A stretch of 64,000 bases of DNA, taken from the NCBI GenBank assembly GCA_016931575.1, contig JAFGEO010000062.1, positions 91,090 through 155,089 on the forward strand. The letters are read 5' to 3'. The translations under genes and the position numbers were made by a program. This DNA comes from Bacteroidales bacterium (lineage in GTDB: Bacteria > Bacteroidota > Bacteroidia > Bacteroidales > UBA10428). Shown piece after piece: positions 1 to 8,993 of this stretch. The notes beneath the pieces were generated by a model. The model saw only the letters and a list, made by a program, of their open reading frames with translations. It had not been told where the DNA came from and did no database searches. Within the stretch, counting starts at the first letter, position 1. Each line of letters opens with the position of its first letter.

Positions 1-1
1 G

Positions 2-1036
2 ACCGTGAATGGCTGTGTGAGTGAGGCTGCTCAGGTGGAACTGACTACCTACCCTGAAACTGACATGCCGGAAGTATCGGCAGCATCGGTATGCGAATAT
101 GATACCCTGGTTTTTGCAGCTGTTGGATCGATGGTAAAATGGTATTCCGATGCCGAGGGTACCGTCCTTGAAACAGAAGGTGCAGAATTATCAGTTTATC
201 CCGCTGATGCCGGAGAATATACCTATTATGCCAGTCTCACCGCGAATGGCTGCGAAAGCCAACTGGCTGCCTGTACGGTGATCGTGAAAGAACAACCCGG
301 GCCTCCGGTAGCACTTGACGTGGAGATCTGCCAGGGAGATACAGGCATCCTCGAGGCTGAGGGGAACCATATTTACTGGTATGCCAAAGAAGCTCCCGGT
401 GATCCCCTGTATTTCGGCAATTCATACGATCCGGACCTCACTGCTCCGGGAAGCTATACTTACCTGCTCACACAGGAAGTTGAAAATTGTGTCAGCGAAA
501 CCGCTGAGGTAAACTTTACTATAAACAGTCTGCCGGTATTCTACCTGGGCAATGATACCAGCATATACGATACCGATACCCTCCTGTTTGCCAGCAGGGT
601 TTCGGGGAATTATACCTGGTCGGATGGCGGTAATGACAGTACCCTCTGCCTGATTGCCGGGGAGTATGGACTGGGAATTCATGAAATCTGGCTGGATGTC
701 AACTCTGCCGGTAATTGCAGCTATAGCGATACGGTTGCTGTTGAGGTCATCAGGAAGGTGGATAGCCTGGCATCCTATTTTCGGGGAAGTGTGATCTCCC
801 TGTTCCCGAATCCGACAAAGGGTGACCTGAAGCTCAGGTTCCTGCAGTCGGTTGATCAACCGGTGAACCTGGTTATCACAGATCCCAAAGGAAGTGTGGT
901 CTACCGGTTGGAAAATGTGAATGTCGATCCCGGACAACTGATCGATATCGATGTTAACCGACTATCCAAAGGAATTTATTTCGTCAACATTTATAATGAA
1001 GAGTTGATCTGTACCTTGTCCTTTATCAGGAACTAA
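2..1036 (+). CDS. T9SS-secreted cell-surface protein, 3' part (5' partial, frame open to window start)
   Basis: ORF track 5..1036, and the frame stays open back to nt 2. Three Cys-framed Ig-like modules (NGCVSE.., NGCESQ.., ENCVSE..). C-terminus LFPNPTKGDLKLRF...GIYFVNIYNEE resembles a type A T9SS sorting domain. Confidence 0.75.
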   Translation, partial: TVNGCVSEAAQVELTTYPETDMPEVSAASVCEYDTLVFAAVGSMVKWYSDAEGTVLETEGAELSVYPADAGEYTYYASLTANGCESQLAACTVIVKEQPGPPVALDVEICQGDTGILEAEGNHIYWYAKEAPGDPLYFGNSYDPDLTAPGSYTYLLTQEVENCVSETAEVNFTINSLPVFYLGNDTSIYDTDTLLFASRVSGNYTWSDGGNDSTLCLIAGEYGLGIHEIWLDVNSAGNCSYSDTVAVEVIRKVDSLASYFRGSVISLFPNPTKGDLKLRFLQSVDQPVNLVITDPKGSVVYRLENVNVDPGQLIDIDVNRLSKGIYFVNIYNEELICTLSFIRN

Positions 1037-1052
1037 AATAAACAGAAAGCTG

Positions 1053-1088
1053 AAAAAGGGGCTGTCTCATCAGGGATAGCCCTTTTTA
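1053..1088 (+). terminator. Rho-independent terminator-like hairpin after the T9SS cargo gene
   Basis: AAAAAGGGGCT..loop..AGCCCTTTTT: GC stem followed by a T-run, 17 nt after the stop codon. Confidence 0.6.
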
Positions 1089-1276
1089 GTTAATAGCCTG
1101 GAAAGTGAGGGAACTCAGGTCGGGACCTGATATTAGTCAGTGGGCTAGGTTGACAGGCGAGTTTATGGGGTGCTGGGTTTATCGATGGGTTAGTTGGGTA
1201 CGCTGCCTGAAACTATGAATTAAAAAACTCAGACGTATTTCCTGATGAGGGAAGGGTAGCACCTAAACTCCTCTAT

Positions 1277-1795
1277 TTATAAGGGAGATGTATAGTCTTT
1301 TTTCCAGTCGTTCCAGGGGGTGGTTTCGTAAAAGCCTCCTCCGATATATTTCATGATCTCATCGAAAGGGATCGGTTCAACATAGCCTTTCTGGATATGG
1401 ATAATCTGAACTTCCTCATTGAGAAACACGATAGAGGGATAGCTCAGTTCCCCGTTTAGCAGAGCATAGGCGAGCTCATGGACCCCCTTATTCCCTGATG
1501 GGATGAACTTATAAGTATACTTATTGTAAATAATGCTGTCTTTTCCTTCTGCATCCAGTTTAACCGGATAATAGACATCGTTCAGGTAGGAAGCGATGAC
1601 CTCGTTAGAGAAGGTGGTCCGGTCCATAACTTTGCAGTAGCCGCACCAGTCTGTGTACACATCCACCATGATCTTTCGCGGCTCTTCTTTATTCAACCTG
1701 ATGGCTTCTTCCCATGAATACCATTTTACAGGCTGTGCGCTAAGGTTCAATGCGAAAAAACCGGCAGCAATAATTAAAAATATTCTCATTATCAT
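1277..1795 (-). CDS. secreted thioredoxin-fold protein (WCGYC active site)
   Basis: ORF 1277..2008 trimmed to Met72 (MIMRIFLIIAAGFFALNLSAQ signal peptide). Contains the VYTDWCGYCKVMD thioredoxin CxxC motif. Confidence 0.8.
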   Translation of the reverse strand: MIMRIFLIIAAGFFALNLSAQPVKWYSWEEAIRLNKEEPRKIMVDVYTDWCGYCKVMDRTTFSNEVIASYLNDVYYPVKLDAEGKDSIIYNKYTYKFIPSGNKGVHELAYALLNGELSYPSIVFLNEEVQIIHIQKGYVEPIPFDEIMKYIGGGFYETTPWNDWKKDYTSPL

Positions 1796-1969
1796 ATCCT
1801 CTGTTGCAGATTTGCCGGCATGTACTGGTTCACCGGTATGTCCTTTTGCAGGGCTTGAGGCAAAGTTAAGGTAAACTTCATAATTAATAAAACTAATAAT
1901 TTGGCGATACCTTGTTAAACAGATGTTAAACATTTTATATTTGTAGAGAAACCACAATCTGTAGAAATC

Positions 1970-3409
1970 ATGCTGTTGAATCTGTCCCCCGAAAATATCT
2001 GGAAACACTTCTATGAACTAACCCAGATCCCCAGGCCCTCGGGCCATGAAGCTGCTGTGATTGCCTATCTTGCTGAGTTTGCTAAAACAAACGGCCTGGA
2101 GCACCTGGTAGATGATACCGGAAACCTGATCATTAAGAAAGCTGCTGCAACGGGAAGGGAAGGCGCTTCTACGGTAATACTGCAGACCCACGTGGATATG
2201 GTTCCTCAGAAGAATTCCGATAAGGTACATGATTTTGTGAAAGACCCTATCGAAGCCATTATTGACGGGGACTGGGTCAGGGCAAATGAAACAACCCTGG
2301 GAGCCGATAACGGAATGGGAATTGCCGCTACCCTGGCAGTTCTTGAATCCGGAGCTGTTTCGCACGGTCCGCTTGAGGCTTTGTTTACCATCAGTGAGGA
2401 AACCGGGATGGATGGGGCATTTGGTCTTAAACCTGGCATTCTTAAAGGAACCGTGTTGCTTAACCTTGATTCGGAGGAAGAGGGCGAGCTTTTTATTGGT
2501 TGCGCAGGGGGAGTAGATGTGAATATTGATGCGACCTATAAAACCGTAGCTTCCGAAAAGAACACTGCCCGGCTGGTCCGGGTAAGCGGATTGAAGGGAG
2601 GGCATTCAGGCCTGGATATAAACCTTGGAAGGGCAAATGCCAACCTGGTTTTGGTCGACCTGGCCAGGAGCCTGGCTTCTGATCTGGACATCAGCGTTCA
2701 AAGCTTAAAAGGCGGGAACCTACGGAATGCGATTCCCCGTGAAGCGGAGCTGGTAATATACTTTGCTGCCGGTGAGACCGGGATTTTTGAGGCATCGTTC
2801 CGAGAACATACCGAAAGGATCAAAAAGAACTTTGCAGAAGCTGATGGAGGAATGAAATTTGAGCTTTCCGAAGTGACAGGATCAGGTGTTGTGATGGATG
2901 CAGGGGATCAGAAGAAAATTTTTAAGCTGCTTGCTGAATGTCCTGTCGGTGTGATCTCCATGTCTGAACAGATGCCGGGCATTGTACAGACTTCCAATAA
3001 TATGTCCATCCTTGTGATCGACCAGGGGAAACTTGAATTGAAGATGCTTCTGCGTAGCTCATCCGATGCAGAAAAGGACAGCTATGCCAAAAAAATACTG
3101 GAAATGTTCGAGGCTGCGCAGTCCCAGACTTCCCTGAGTGGCGCATATCCGGGCTGGCTGCCCGATAATCAGTCGGCAGTGCTGGCAAAAGCCAGGGAAA
3201 GCTACCGGAGACTTTTCGGCAGGGAGCCGAAGGTGCAGGTTATTCATGCCGGACTGGAATGCGGGATCATTGGAGGTATCTATCCGGGGCTCGACATGAT
3301 ATCCTTTGGGCCTACGATTAAATATCCCCACTCTCCCGATGAGAAAGTATTGATCCCTTCAGTTGGGAAATTCTGGGACTTTCTGAAGGAACTGCTGGAG
3401 TCAGTGTAA
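1970..3409 (+). CDS. pepD: aminoacyl-histidine (Xaa-His) dipeptidase, M20 family
   Basis: 479 aa. N-terminus IWKHFYELTQIPRPSGHE, HVDMVPQKN and ADNGMGIA metal-ligand motifs, and a C-terminal HSPDE motif are typical of PepD. Confidence 0.9.
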   Translation: MLLNLSPENIWKHFYELTQIPRPSGHEAAVIAYLAEFAKTNGLEHLVDDTGNLIIKKAAATGREGASTVILQTHVDMVPQKNSDKVHDFVKDPIEAIIDGDWVRANETTLGADNGMGIAATLAVLESGAVSHGPLEALFTISEETGMDGAFGLKPGILKGTVLLNLDSEEEGELFIGCAGGVDVNIDATYKTVASEKNTARLVRVSGLKGGHSGLDINLGRANANLVLVDLARSLASDLDISVQSLKGGNLRNAIPREAELVIYFAAGETGIFEASFREHTERIKKNFAEADGGMKFELSEVTGSGVVMDAGDQKKIFKLLAECPVGVISMSEQMPGIVQTSNNMSILVIDQGKLELKMLLRSSSDAEKDSYAKKILEMFEAAQSQTSLSGAYPGWLPDNQSAVLAKARESYRRLFGREPKVQVIHAGLECGIIGGIYPGLDMISFGPTIKYPHSPDEKVLIPSVGKFWDFLKELLESV

Positions 3410-3637
3410 GGCTGCTCTTCACCGTTCATTTTCCGGGGTATTGGTTATTCTTTTTCAGATTTAACAAATTACTGAACGGGAGGTGAATCCCTCACCGGGT
3501 TTCAGAAATTCAGATTCGGTACATGGGCATCATGAAAGGCTAAAAACGGGATATGATGAGAAAAAACTGAAGGGACCCGGTTAACATAATCCTTAGCCTG
3601 GCCAGCCCCCATCCATCCATCACCCCATCAACCTGTG

Positions 3638-6388
3638 TTACTCGCTTTTTTCCCTGTAGAGGCTTGCGTCAACAACACTTGCCATCTTGTTGATATCCAT
3701 TTCAATACCCAGGAATTGCTTTACTTTTGCGGCAATTTCCAGCGGATTTTCTATGGCCTCCCGGTGGTTGATGAAAAGAACCGCTGCATTGTGGTTGCTC
3801 TTCAGCCAGTTATTGGCATTGATGAGCTGGTTCTTAAAGTTCATTTCCAGCCTTACAGGATACGTGTCCTCCTTGCGCTTGCCATCCCTGACAAGCATTT
3901 TGTGTTGTGATTGCACAACTTCGGAAAGCTCCCGCAGCATAAAGATCACCTTATAGTTATATTTTGCCGGCAGCTGAGGGAGCAGGTGTGAAATCACCTT
4001 AACGGCCTTCCCGGTTGCTTTGGGTAGCCATTTCTTGTCTCGCCGAAGGGCTTTCACAGATTCGTGCTCATAATATCCTTTCGGATTACTCTCGTCTGCT
4101 CCGCGGGTATTATCTGTATAGATTGGTACGCCGCCCTTATCCAGCATCTGCATCATCAGGGAAGTCCCTGAACGGGGCAGTCCTGATACCACCAGAATAG
4201 GATCCTTGAGCTCAATCACTTTCGACTGCAGCTCCGCGAAAAGTGGCAGGGCATCGGATTCCTCCCCGTCGCCGGGGACCTCGTGTTTGCGGGTGAAGAA
4301 ATCTTTATGCTTCTGGGCCAGCTCGGGCTTTTTCAGGATATCGTTATAAATTTCAATCAGCTTGTTCCTTACGCTTCCGAATGTCGGGATGATCTTAAGG
4401 CAAACCTCATAGGCATTCACTGCATTTTCATAATCTTCAAGATTGTACAGGGCTTCGCCAAGATGGTAATGGGCCATGGGGTGATAATAGTTCAGCCCAA
4501 TGGCATCCAGGGCGGCATTTGCTGCTTCAACATACTTCTTCTGGGCCAGGTAGACCAGGGAGAGCCCATTGTATGAGATCGCGTTTTCAGGATTATGCTT
4601 AAGGAGGATCTTGTAACATTCCTCTGCTTTGTCAAATTGTCTGAGTTTATAGTACAGAGAAGCCAGTTTACGCTGCATGGTGATCGGACGCTTATCCTGC
4701 GGGAAATTTTTCTCCAGGTCGGCAAGGATCTGTTTCGGATTTTCTTTCATGGTGCGGAGGTCGAAAAGCATCAGCTGTGCCTGTCCGATATTGCTCTGCA
4801 GGGTCAGTTGCCTGCGGATCTCCTTCAGATGTTCTTTCTCCTTCTTTTTCTTCTCCTTTGGATTTTCCTTAATGTCTTTTTCGTACTCCTCCCTGAGTTT
4901 ATTGATATCCTGGCTGCTACTTATTGCTGTCTGGATAAATTCCTGGAGCAGTTCTTCGGCTTTCTGGTAGTCTCCGGTTTCCGAATAACATTTAGCCAGG
5001 CGAAGTGCGAAACGGCCCTGGTCCTTTTCTTTTTCGTACAACTCGGACAGGATGCCTGAAGCTTCCTGAAAACGGTAATTGCTAAGGAATACGCGGGCGA
5101 GGTTATATTTTGATTCCACTTCGGCTTTTTCAGCAGCTTTCTTTTTATCCGGTCCCGGATCCTCAACATATCCCAGGTCGATCAGCTGTTGCAATGCTTT
5201 CTGGTCGGCAATGGGATCTTTCCTGGCTTCCACCGGGTGCATCCCGTCGTTGCCTTTCACGGTATCCCAGGTAGGGATGGTCTCGATGGTTATTTCCTCA
5301 TCAAATGCCTGCAGGAGGGGGATACCATCCATATCTTTACCAAGCGGCAGGCCAAAAAGTGTAAGAATGGTTGGCGTGATATTCAGCAGGGAAGATCCGT
5401 AAACCAATTCATCCTTTTTAATACCCGGCCCCTTCATGCATATGATCCCGTGCTCCCTGTGGTGATCCGCAGGACCGGCAGGTTCATCAGGAATATAGGT
5501 AGTACGGAGATGGTCGGAATGGAACCCATGGTCGGAAACGATGATAACTGTGGTATCCTCGCCGGCAAGTTTCATAAGAGATTCCAGCATCATATCGTGG
5601 TACCGGTAGGCAGAGGTGATCACATTTTTATATAGTTCAAAATCATCTTCCGGCACATTATGCAGACGTGGAGGATGGTATTTCATGAAACCATGGCAGA
5701 AATGGTCGATCGTATCCAGGTAGATGGCCAGGAAATCCCATTCCTGCGTCTCCAGGATCCAGGTTGCTGCGTTATGAAGGGTTGCCGCCTCGCTGATGTT
5801 CTTGGCAATGATGCGCAGCCTCGGATCCCTGGTCTGGTCGATACGTGCTGCATCCGGAACAAAGGGAAGCAGATGCTGATCCGTCAGCTCCATGGGATGC
5901 ACGCGAAGTTCTGCGAAGAATTCTTCCAATACCTGTGGGTGAACACTGCCCGGCATCAGCGGCCAGGGTTGCCGGAGCTTACCTTTGGAGTGTGCAAAAT
6001 GGTTGGAAAGCATGATCCCGTTGATCGGCTCCACAGGGTTTGAGGGCCACCATCCCAGAACATGCGATTTCAGATTATTCTGCATGAGGATGTTCCAGAT
6101 GGCCTTGGTTTTCCGCGAATGGGAACTGATGGGACGCATACCCATTCCTTCCGGATCGGGTTCAGTAAATCCCAGTACGCCGTGTTTATCAGCGTATTTA
6201 CCCGTTGCAATGGAGGTCCAGAGCATGGGGGAGAAGGGAGGTTCAAGCGTGGTAATATTACCCATGACACCTTCGTTGATCAGTTTTTCCATGGCAGGCA
6301 TTTGCCCTGCATCGATCAAAGGGTTAATAACTTTCCAGTCGGCTGCATCCCAGCCAATTAATAATACTTTTTTTGCGAGTCTCTTCAT
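3638..6388 (-). CDS. three-part fusion: alkaline-phosphatase/NPP-type phosphoesterase + TPR repeats + sulfotransferase
   Basis: 916 aa. N-terminus LLIGWDAADWKV..PPFSPMLWTSIATG..SDHGF (AlkP core). Middle has TPR-like repeats (YNLARVF.., AKCYSETGDYQKAEE.., HYHLGEALYNLEDYENA). C-terminus VVSGLPRSGTSLMMQML is a PAPS-binding 5'-PSB loop. Confidence 0.8.
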   Translation of the reverse strand: MKRLAKKVLLIGWDAADWKVINPLIDAGQMPAMEKLINEGVMGNITTLEPPFSPMLWTSIATGKYADKHGVLGFTEPDPEGMGMRPISSHSRKTKAIWNILMQNNLKSHVLGWWPSNPVEPINGIMLSNHFAHSKGKLRQPWPLMPGSVHPQVLEEFFAELRVHPMELTDQHLLPFVPDAARIDQTRDPRLRIIAKNISEAATLHNAATWILETQEWDFLAIYLDTIDHFCHGFMKYHPPRLHNVPEDDFELYKNVITSAYRYHDMMLESLMKLAGEDTTVIIVSDHGFHSDHLRTTYIPDEPAGPADHHREHGIICMKGPGIKKDELVYGSSLLNITPTILTLFGLPLGKDMDGIPLLQAFDEEITIETIPTWDTVKGNDGMHPVEARKDPIADQKALQQLIDLGYVEDPGPDKKKAAEKAEVESKYNLARVFLSNYRFQEASGILSELYEKEKDQGRFALRLAKCYSETGDYQKAEELLQEFIQTAISSSQDINKLREEYEKDIKENPKEKKKKEKEHLKEIRRQLTLQSNIGQAQLMLFDLRTMKENPKQILADLEKNFPQDKRPITMQRKLASLYYKLRQFDKAEECYKILLKHNPENAISYNGLSLVYLAQKKYVEAANAALDAIGLNYYHPMAHYHLGEALYNLEDYENAVNAYEVCLKIIPTFGSVRNKLIEIYNDILKKPELAQKHKDFFTRKHEVPGDGEESDALPLFAELQSKVIELKDPILVVSGLPRSGTSLMMQMLDKGGVPIYTDNTRGADESNPKGYYEHESVKALRRDKKWLPKATGKAVKVISHLLPQLPAKYNYKVIFMLRELSEVVQSQHKMLVRDGKRKEDTYPVRLEMNFKNQLINANNWLKSNHNAAVLFINHREAIENPLEIAAKVKQFLGIEMDINKMASVVDASLYREKSE

Positions 6389-6434
6389 ATCGATATCCGA
6401 AGGGGATAGTTTAATTCTTTACCTGTGAATTGTC

Positions 6435-6875
6435 TTACATCCTGAAGCGGGATTGCGGATTGGCATTGCTGCGGTTTGAGCGGGCGTTTGTGCCGCCGGC
6501 AATATTGACACGGTTTACCTGCCAGGTATCTTCAGGTTTATAAAATACGAAAACAATTCGCTGGGGAGCATTTTTGTACTTAATAAAATAGGTGTAACTG
6601 ATAAAAGATGGTGATGTTTCTTCAGTGCTTATCAATTCGAAGCCGCAATACTTGCCCATTTGCTTTGCATTGTCTTCGAGCTTTTTAACCAGGTTGGTGG
6701 TGGAAGAGGAGTCATCTGCTATAAGATCTCCCATGGGCAATGCCTGGAAGGCCCCTTCGAAATCTGATTTTTCGATTTTGTCAAAAAAGAGTTTTGTATA
6801 TTCTTCCGGGGTAGTTTGTGCTGAAGCAAGTGTCATTAAGAAACCCAGAATAATAAAAAGCGTTATCTTTTTCAT
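6435..6875 (-). CDS. hypothetical secreted protein
   Basis: 146 aa ORF with the signal peptide MKKITLFIILGFLMTLASAQ. No recognisable domain. Confidence 0.55.
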   Translation of the reverse strand: MKKITLFIILGFLMTLASAQTTPEEYTKLFFDKIEKSDFEGAFQALPMGDLIADDSSSTTNLVKKLEDNAKQMGKYCGFELISTEETSPSFISYTYFIKYKNAPQRIVFVFYKPEDTWQVNRVNIAGGTNARSNRSNANPQSRFRM

Positions 6876-6950
6876 TATAGTTCAATTTAGTTAATACTCT
6901 ATGTGTTGTTTCAGAATTTCTGCACGATGTAAGGGGGAAGCACAGGATTC

Positions 6951-7226
6951 CTACTTTTCTCCTTCTTTTGCCTGTGGTCTTGGCCTTCGTTGAGGAAGTT
7001 TTTCCCCCTTGGTAAATTTTTGGTACAGGTGCGTTTGGTTCCTGGCCTTTCTGAGCATCACGGTTCCCTTGTACCCGGTGGTCAGCAGCCCAAGAAAACC
7101 ACTGTCCGGTACCTCCATGGGCTTTCCATGCTCGTCAACAAAATTCACATCCAGGCTATATAGTTGGTCAATAAAACGTTCGGAGGTGGTCGGTTGCTTA
7201 GCTGAAGTCTTTTTTTCTTTTTCCAT
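6951..7226 (-). CDS. small basic hypothetical protein
   Basis: 91 aa ORF with Lys/Arg-rich termini. No recognisable motif. Coding status rests on ORF length and position only. Confidence 0.4.
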   Translation of the reverse strand: MEKEKKTSAKQPTTSERFIDQLYSLDVNFVDEHGKPMEVPDSGFLGLLTTGYKGTVMLRKARNQTHLYQKFTKGEKLPQRRPRPQAKEGEK

Positions 7227-7447
7227 GTACTTAAATAGTTTACCCGTTTTCCTGATAAAAAGTGGGTATAATTAAACAAATCTAGGCATTTCAGATGGAT
7301 TATCTGTCCCGATCGGAGATGACAGTTTTTAACAGTGTCCCAATCATATTCCAGAAATCCAGGTTAATACTGTAATTTCTGAAGCTAGCCTTGAAATCCC
7401 TTAAAGATACTATTTCGTTGATCCAATTTGAAATTAAGGGGGCGAAA

Positions 7448-7490
7448 AATTTAGCGGGAGTGCGACTTAAAGTCGCGCCCCCGCTAAATT
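7448..7490 (-). terminator. very strong 19-bp-stem hairpin, terminator-like on the minus strand
   Basis: AATTTAGCGGGAGTGCGAC-TTAAA-GTCGCGCCCCCGCTAAATT. It has 19 stem positions with one mismatch and one G-U pair. On the minus strand it is followed by TTTTTCG. Confidence 0.45.
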
Positions 7491-7585
7491 CCACAATGTT
7501 ATAGGATTTTGTGTTATAGGTTCAGATGGTTTAGGTGCCGGAGATTGTTTAGTATAAAAGCCCTGTTGTGATGCAATAGTTAGTA

Positions 7586-7684
7586 CAAACGAAAACAGAG
7601 GCTTGCCTCTTAATTGGCTAAACCTCTGATTTACAACGAGCGGGAAACGGGGATCGAACCCGCGACCCTCAGCTTGGGAAGCTG
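7586..7684. repeat. att-like direct repeat, left copy: orphan 3' 46 nt of tRNA-Gly plus downstream terminator region
   Basis: 7614..7684 is identical to 16055..16125 (71 nt). The outer 28 nt differ by 3 substitutions and 1 indel. Homology stops exactly inside the anticodon stem, and no tRNA 5' half is present. Confidence 0.85.
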
Positions 7685-7881
7685 GAGGAGATTTCATGTA
7701 TGAAGATTCTTCACTAACAGAGTATGCCTATCATCATGACAAGTAACTATATGATCACTTAGTAAATAATTGGCAATATGAACCTATTGACCCGGATGAT
7801 ATTGAATTAAAGAAGCTCAACAAGGCAGTGAATAAACTGGTTGAAGATGATTAATCGCGGGTAAAATACTCCAAACTACAT

Positions 7882-8859
7882 TTAAATGTTGTATACCTTT
7901 TCTTTCACCTCAGGATTATAGGTAATATCCTGACCACAAAGAATATTCAAACACATAACTAAATCGGCAGTATGCAAAGCAAGCACGGAATCGTAATCAT
8001 CCCTGCGGTACCCTCCGAATAGGGATAAGGCTAATGGTATTTGCCGGTTTAGTTTTTGCTGTAGTTTATCGATAAAGCTATAGACGAGTTCAGAGCATTT
8101 GATCCATTCATCGGTAGTTAACTGATATCCCATGTCATCCCACTGATGACTATCAGCCCCATGACAAAAAACAACGTAGTGGATTTTATCTTCCACGATG
8201 TATTTTTCAAGTTGTTCAAGTCTTTCTTTTAACTCATCCAGGTACATCTGATGTTTTGACTCAATGTTGATATTCCCAATTTCCGGGGGTATGGCTTTGT
8301 CCAGATCCTTCACGAAATCGTAGCCATTATCAATGCTATTGCCATAATGACCATCTAAGTCAATATAACTCCCGCTGAGACCAAATTCCCTGTATATTTT
8401 CATGGAGGCGATCACCTGTCCGGCAAAAGAACAGTAAAAAGCTCCTTTACCAGGAATGGCGTGATGAAATCCGCTTGTAGGACTAAAACATACCTGATCC
8501 GGATTTTTGATACTCGTTAAAATTGCATGATAGAGAGATGCATTCGTAAAGCGTGTTGTATCAGCAAATTCTTTATTCCAGGTTAAACCCAACAATCGTT
8601 TATACCGCTTTCCTAAATCATCTGAAAAGAAACTATCGACATATTCTTTAGTATGGGCAATATAAAAATCTTCAACCTCGTAAGGGGTAAAGTCATCCTC
8701 TATATTAAAGTATTCCAATAGACCTTCCCTGCTCAAAAATTCGATCAATCTTTTGGGCTTCTCAGGCGACTGCGATGAGTTGTCATTTTCCTGTGTCAGA
8801 CTCATCTTTTGAGTGTAGAAGGTTTTTATTTGGGGGTGTTTCATTATCGAATAGCTCAT
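7882..8859 (-). CDS. histone-deacetylase-fold (arginase/deacetylase superfamily) Zn hydrolase, divergent
   Basis: 325 aa. Motifs SGFHHA (tandem catalytic His), IDLDGHYGNS (Asp/His Zn ligands), HGADSHQWDD (third Asp ligand) and LFGGYRRD (catalytic Tyr) all occur in HDAC order. Confidence 0.75.
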   Translation of the reverse strand: MSYSIMKHPQIKTFYTQKMSLTQENDNSSQSPEKPKRLIEFLSREGLLEYFNIEDDFTPYEVEDFYIAHTKEYVDSFFSDDLGKRYKRLLGLTWNKEFADTTRFTNASLYHAILTSIKNPDQVCFSPTSGFHHAIPGKGAFYCSFAGQVIASMKIYREFGLSGSYIDLDGHYGNSIDNGYDFVKDLDKAIPPEIGNINIESKHQMYLDELKERLEQLEKYIVEDKIHYVVFCHGADSHQWDDMGYQLTTDEWIKCSELVYSFIDKLQQKLNRQIPLALSLFGGYRRDDYDSVLALHTADLVMCLNILCGQDITYNPEVKEKVYNI

Positions 8860-8993
8860 GTTTCAAGTTAGCATATCTGTATGTTCTTTCCAAGAAATCG
8901 ATTTGAACAGGAACAAGCAGAAATAAAGAACAAATAAATATCATTCCTTCTATTTTTCATACCTTGGAATGGAAACAAATATTTTAAAATCAA

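Noticed and set aside
1796-2008. N-terminal 71-codon extension of the thioredoxin-like ORF, overlapping the pepD start
   Set aside because: The extension has no signal or domain features and overlaps pepD. A canonical signal peptide begins at the internal Met (1795), so the shorter CDS is preferred.
7467-7697. 76-aa minus-strand ORF spanning the orphan tRNA fragment
   Set aside because: It is a translation of tRNA-derived and terminator sequence (..GRGFDPRFPLVVNQRF..), so not a credible protein.
7696-7854. Small plus-strand ORF (MYEDSSLTEYAYHHDK*LYDHLVNNWQYEPIDPDDIELKKLNKAVNKLVEDD*) at the left island edge
   Set aside because: It is interrupted by an in-frame TAA at 7744, has no recognisable family, and could be a decayed gene tail. 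Evidence is insufficient to annotate it.
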